DNA of 64,000 nucleotides from Catajapyx aquilonaris (Eukaryota): NCBI GenBank assembly GCA_000934665.2, contig KZ537985.1, positions 1 to 64,000 of the forward strand, read 5' to 3'. Shown piece by piece: positions 61,681 to 64,000 of this stretch (position 1 is its first letter; each line of letters starts with the position of its first letter). The notes under the pieces were generated by a model. It saw only the letters and a program-made list of their open reading frames with translations, ran no database searches and was not told where the DNA came from. The position numbers and the translations under genes were made by a program.

Positions 61681-63472
61681 ATGGCGCTTCAGGTAAGCCA
61701 CCCTGTGTAGAGGCCATGTGAACCGAATAATTTGACTGCTGCAATCATGCGTAGGGTATGGTTGGATTGGTGACGGGAGGTGCTTCTGGACTAGGGCGTG
61801 CCACTGTGGAGAGGCTGGTCAAGCAAGGAGCCAAGGTGGTCCTGTGCGACCTGCCATCCTCCAAGGGACAGGAGTTGGCTGACCAGCTTGGGGCTAATGT
61901 TGCCTTTTCTGCCACAAATGTAAGCAACAGACGCGGATTCTGATGCTTTTATACCATACTGATTTCTCACTTTGTCCATGTAAGGTGGCCTCTGAAGGTG
62001 AGGTGTCCAATGCCCTTGTAATTGCAAAGCAGAAGTTTGGCCGCCTGGACATGGCCATCAACTGTGCTGGAGTAGGGGTAGCATTCAAGACGTACAACTT
62101 CAACAAGAAGATGCCCCACAAGTTGGACGATTTTGAGCGTGTAGTAATGGTGAACACGGTTGGCACCTTCAACGTCATCCGCTTGGCTGTTGGCCTCATG
62201 GGAGAAAATGAGCCAGATCATAATGGGCAGAGAGGAGTAGTGGTCAACACTGCCAGCGTGGCAGCGTTTGATGGGCAGATGGGGCAGGCCGCTTACTCTG
62301 CCAGCAAGGGAGCCATTGTTGGAATGACCCTTCCCATAGCCAGGGATTTATCATCGCAAGGGATACGTGTCTGCACCATTGCACCAGGTATGAACCGTAC
62401 TGATTTGCCCCTTTTTGAGGATGATGATGTAAGTCAGTTTAACTCAACAGACAATTTTTCACTGCTTATGGCTTAGGCCTACATAAAAGGAAACGACAAG
62501 TTGCAGTTGGTGTGTTTATATTCTTAATTGCCAGATATTCCCAAGACATGGTCAGGATGATGTAGGTATGACTGGCTCATTGTCCCTACAGTGTTATCAA
62601 TCATACATCATTGTGACCATCTCAAGCACATCTGGACCTCTAATATTGTAAATGCACCTACTGGCTTCTTCAGGGCAGTGCTTGTTTCCAGTGATAAAAT
62701 AATCATTTTATTGGAGTAATAATAATACTTTCAATAATTGTGGGTGGTGCTGTCACTTCTTTACCACGATACATTGCACAAAGATTCTGCAAGATAATAG
62801 CAATGCCACTGAATATTGAGGCACGGTAAAGAATATTGTGAAGTCACGTTGAATAGTCGTAAATCACCATAAGCATCAAGCAAAGTAGTACAAGTAGATA
62901 AGGGGGCCGTTCACACCTGGCAAGCCACGGCCAGGCCACGGCTTACAAGGTAGGCCAACTTCCTGGAAGTTGGCCAGGGCCGCGGCCAGCCGCGGCTAAG
63001 CTTGGCCGGTCTGCACGGCCCCAAGGACAAATATGGCCAGCCAAATGAAGGTACATGAATGACATGAATATCAAATTCTTTATGTCATGATTTTAAGAAG
63101 GCTATATTTTATCACATGCTATGTCAGTTTTGGGTTTTAGAGGACTAAGTCCTGGGTCCACCTTTAGACATTGTTTTCCACCTCACTCATATCATGCCCA
63201 CCCAGCATCTGTAATCGAATCACACACATTCCATATCACAGGTATCTTTGGCTTACAGTAATTGACCTCTTGTTTAAACAGGCCTTTTTGATACTCCACT
63301 TCTTGGGCAACTTCCCGAAAAGGTCCGCGCCTTCTTGGCCCGGACCGTGCCGTTTCCTCAGCGCTTGGGAGATCCAGATGAATATGCGCAACTTGTTCAA
63401 CACATAGTTACGAATCCAATGCTCAATGGGGAAGTTATCAGATTGGATGGAGCATTACGCATGCAGCCTTGA
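61681..63472 (+). CDS. HSD17B10: 3-hydroxyacyl-CoA dehydrogenase type 2 / 17-beta-HSD10 (SDR family, 256 aa)
   Basis: Exons 61681-61692, 61755-61919, 61985-62387, 63282-63472. TGGASGLG cofactor motif, [26 protein letters not shown] (YxxxK) and C-terminal [15 protein letters not shown]. Confidence 0.93.
62902..63022. mobile_element. Short Harbinger-like MITE in HSD17B10 intron 3
   Basis: TIR ggggccgttcacacc vs the reverse complement of ggtctgcacggcccc; internal palindrome ggccaacttcc...ggaagttggcc. Confidence 0.6.
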
Positions 63473-64000
63473 GCAGGGACTGAACTTGAATCATGAATTG
63501 CAATGAAATCAATGAATGTGGATTATACATACTAGCTATTTTTTGGTAATGGAATAAATAGTATGGCATTTATAAGCTTCTTGCATATGTTACTCAAGGG
63601 GTGAAACCTCAACATGTATAAAGGCTAAGTGTCTGCTCAAAATGAAGTCATACCGGTCCACTACACTAATTGTGAGCTCCAAAGGGAATATGAGTGGACC
63701 AGTCACAGGGCGGATCAGTCTGACAGAACCTGTAAATGTTCATATGAAGCGTACTGTCACTATTACACCAGAAAGCAGTGAATTTCAACAACATACCACC
63801 CCTGTTGTTCACTATGCAGTCAAAATATCCACCTCCATTTCCAGACGTGATATCAAATCTTAGCCAGAACTGCCTGGATTGCGTTGCTACAGCCTGGATT
63901 TTAGTCACAACCTGTTCAATGAACAAAAAATTTATGGCACATAAAATGTAAACATTAGCCATCAATACAGTCCTTTAAGCCATAGAATGACATGACATCA

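Noticed and set aside
63666..63965. Minus-strand ORF as the last exon of a convergent gene
   Set aside because: An acceptor-like site exists near 63912, but there is no recognisable homology and the rest would lie outside the window.

Overview
Eukaryotic, intron-containing animal genomic DNA; gene content and many very short introns suggest a bilaterian invertebrate, but the species cannot be determined from the window. All gene models were assembled by hand from splice signals and reading frame, and none has transcript support. Conserved genes in order: the 3' part of a CPED1 (PC-esterase) gene (+, 8494-17744), a complete 7-exon Wnt16 (+, 21381-40779), a CHST11-like carbohydrate sulfotransferase (+), a type I mucin-like membrane protein ending in DTKL (+), a COMTD1/CCoAOMT-like O-methyltransferase (-), RPP21 with a polyQ extension (+) and HSD17B10 (+). 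The most notable feature is largely invisible in the ORF track: five minus-strand secreted-peptide genes in the first 11 kb, antisense to CPED1. Three are tandem micro-exon genes encoding 51-52 aa precursors with a conserved signal peptide and a hypervariable, cysteine-free C-terminus. Two are paralogous knottin (ICK-like) genes whose cysteine frameworks only appear after splicing, and they lie inside a GC-AG intron of CPED1. The window also has tRNA-derived SINEs with target-site duplications, several MITE/foldback elements, a 1.5 kb Tc1/mariner-like non-autonomous element and minisatellites. No prokaryotic features, CRISPR arrays, rRNA or intact tRNA genes were found.
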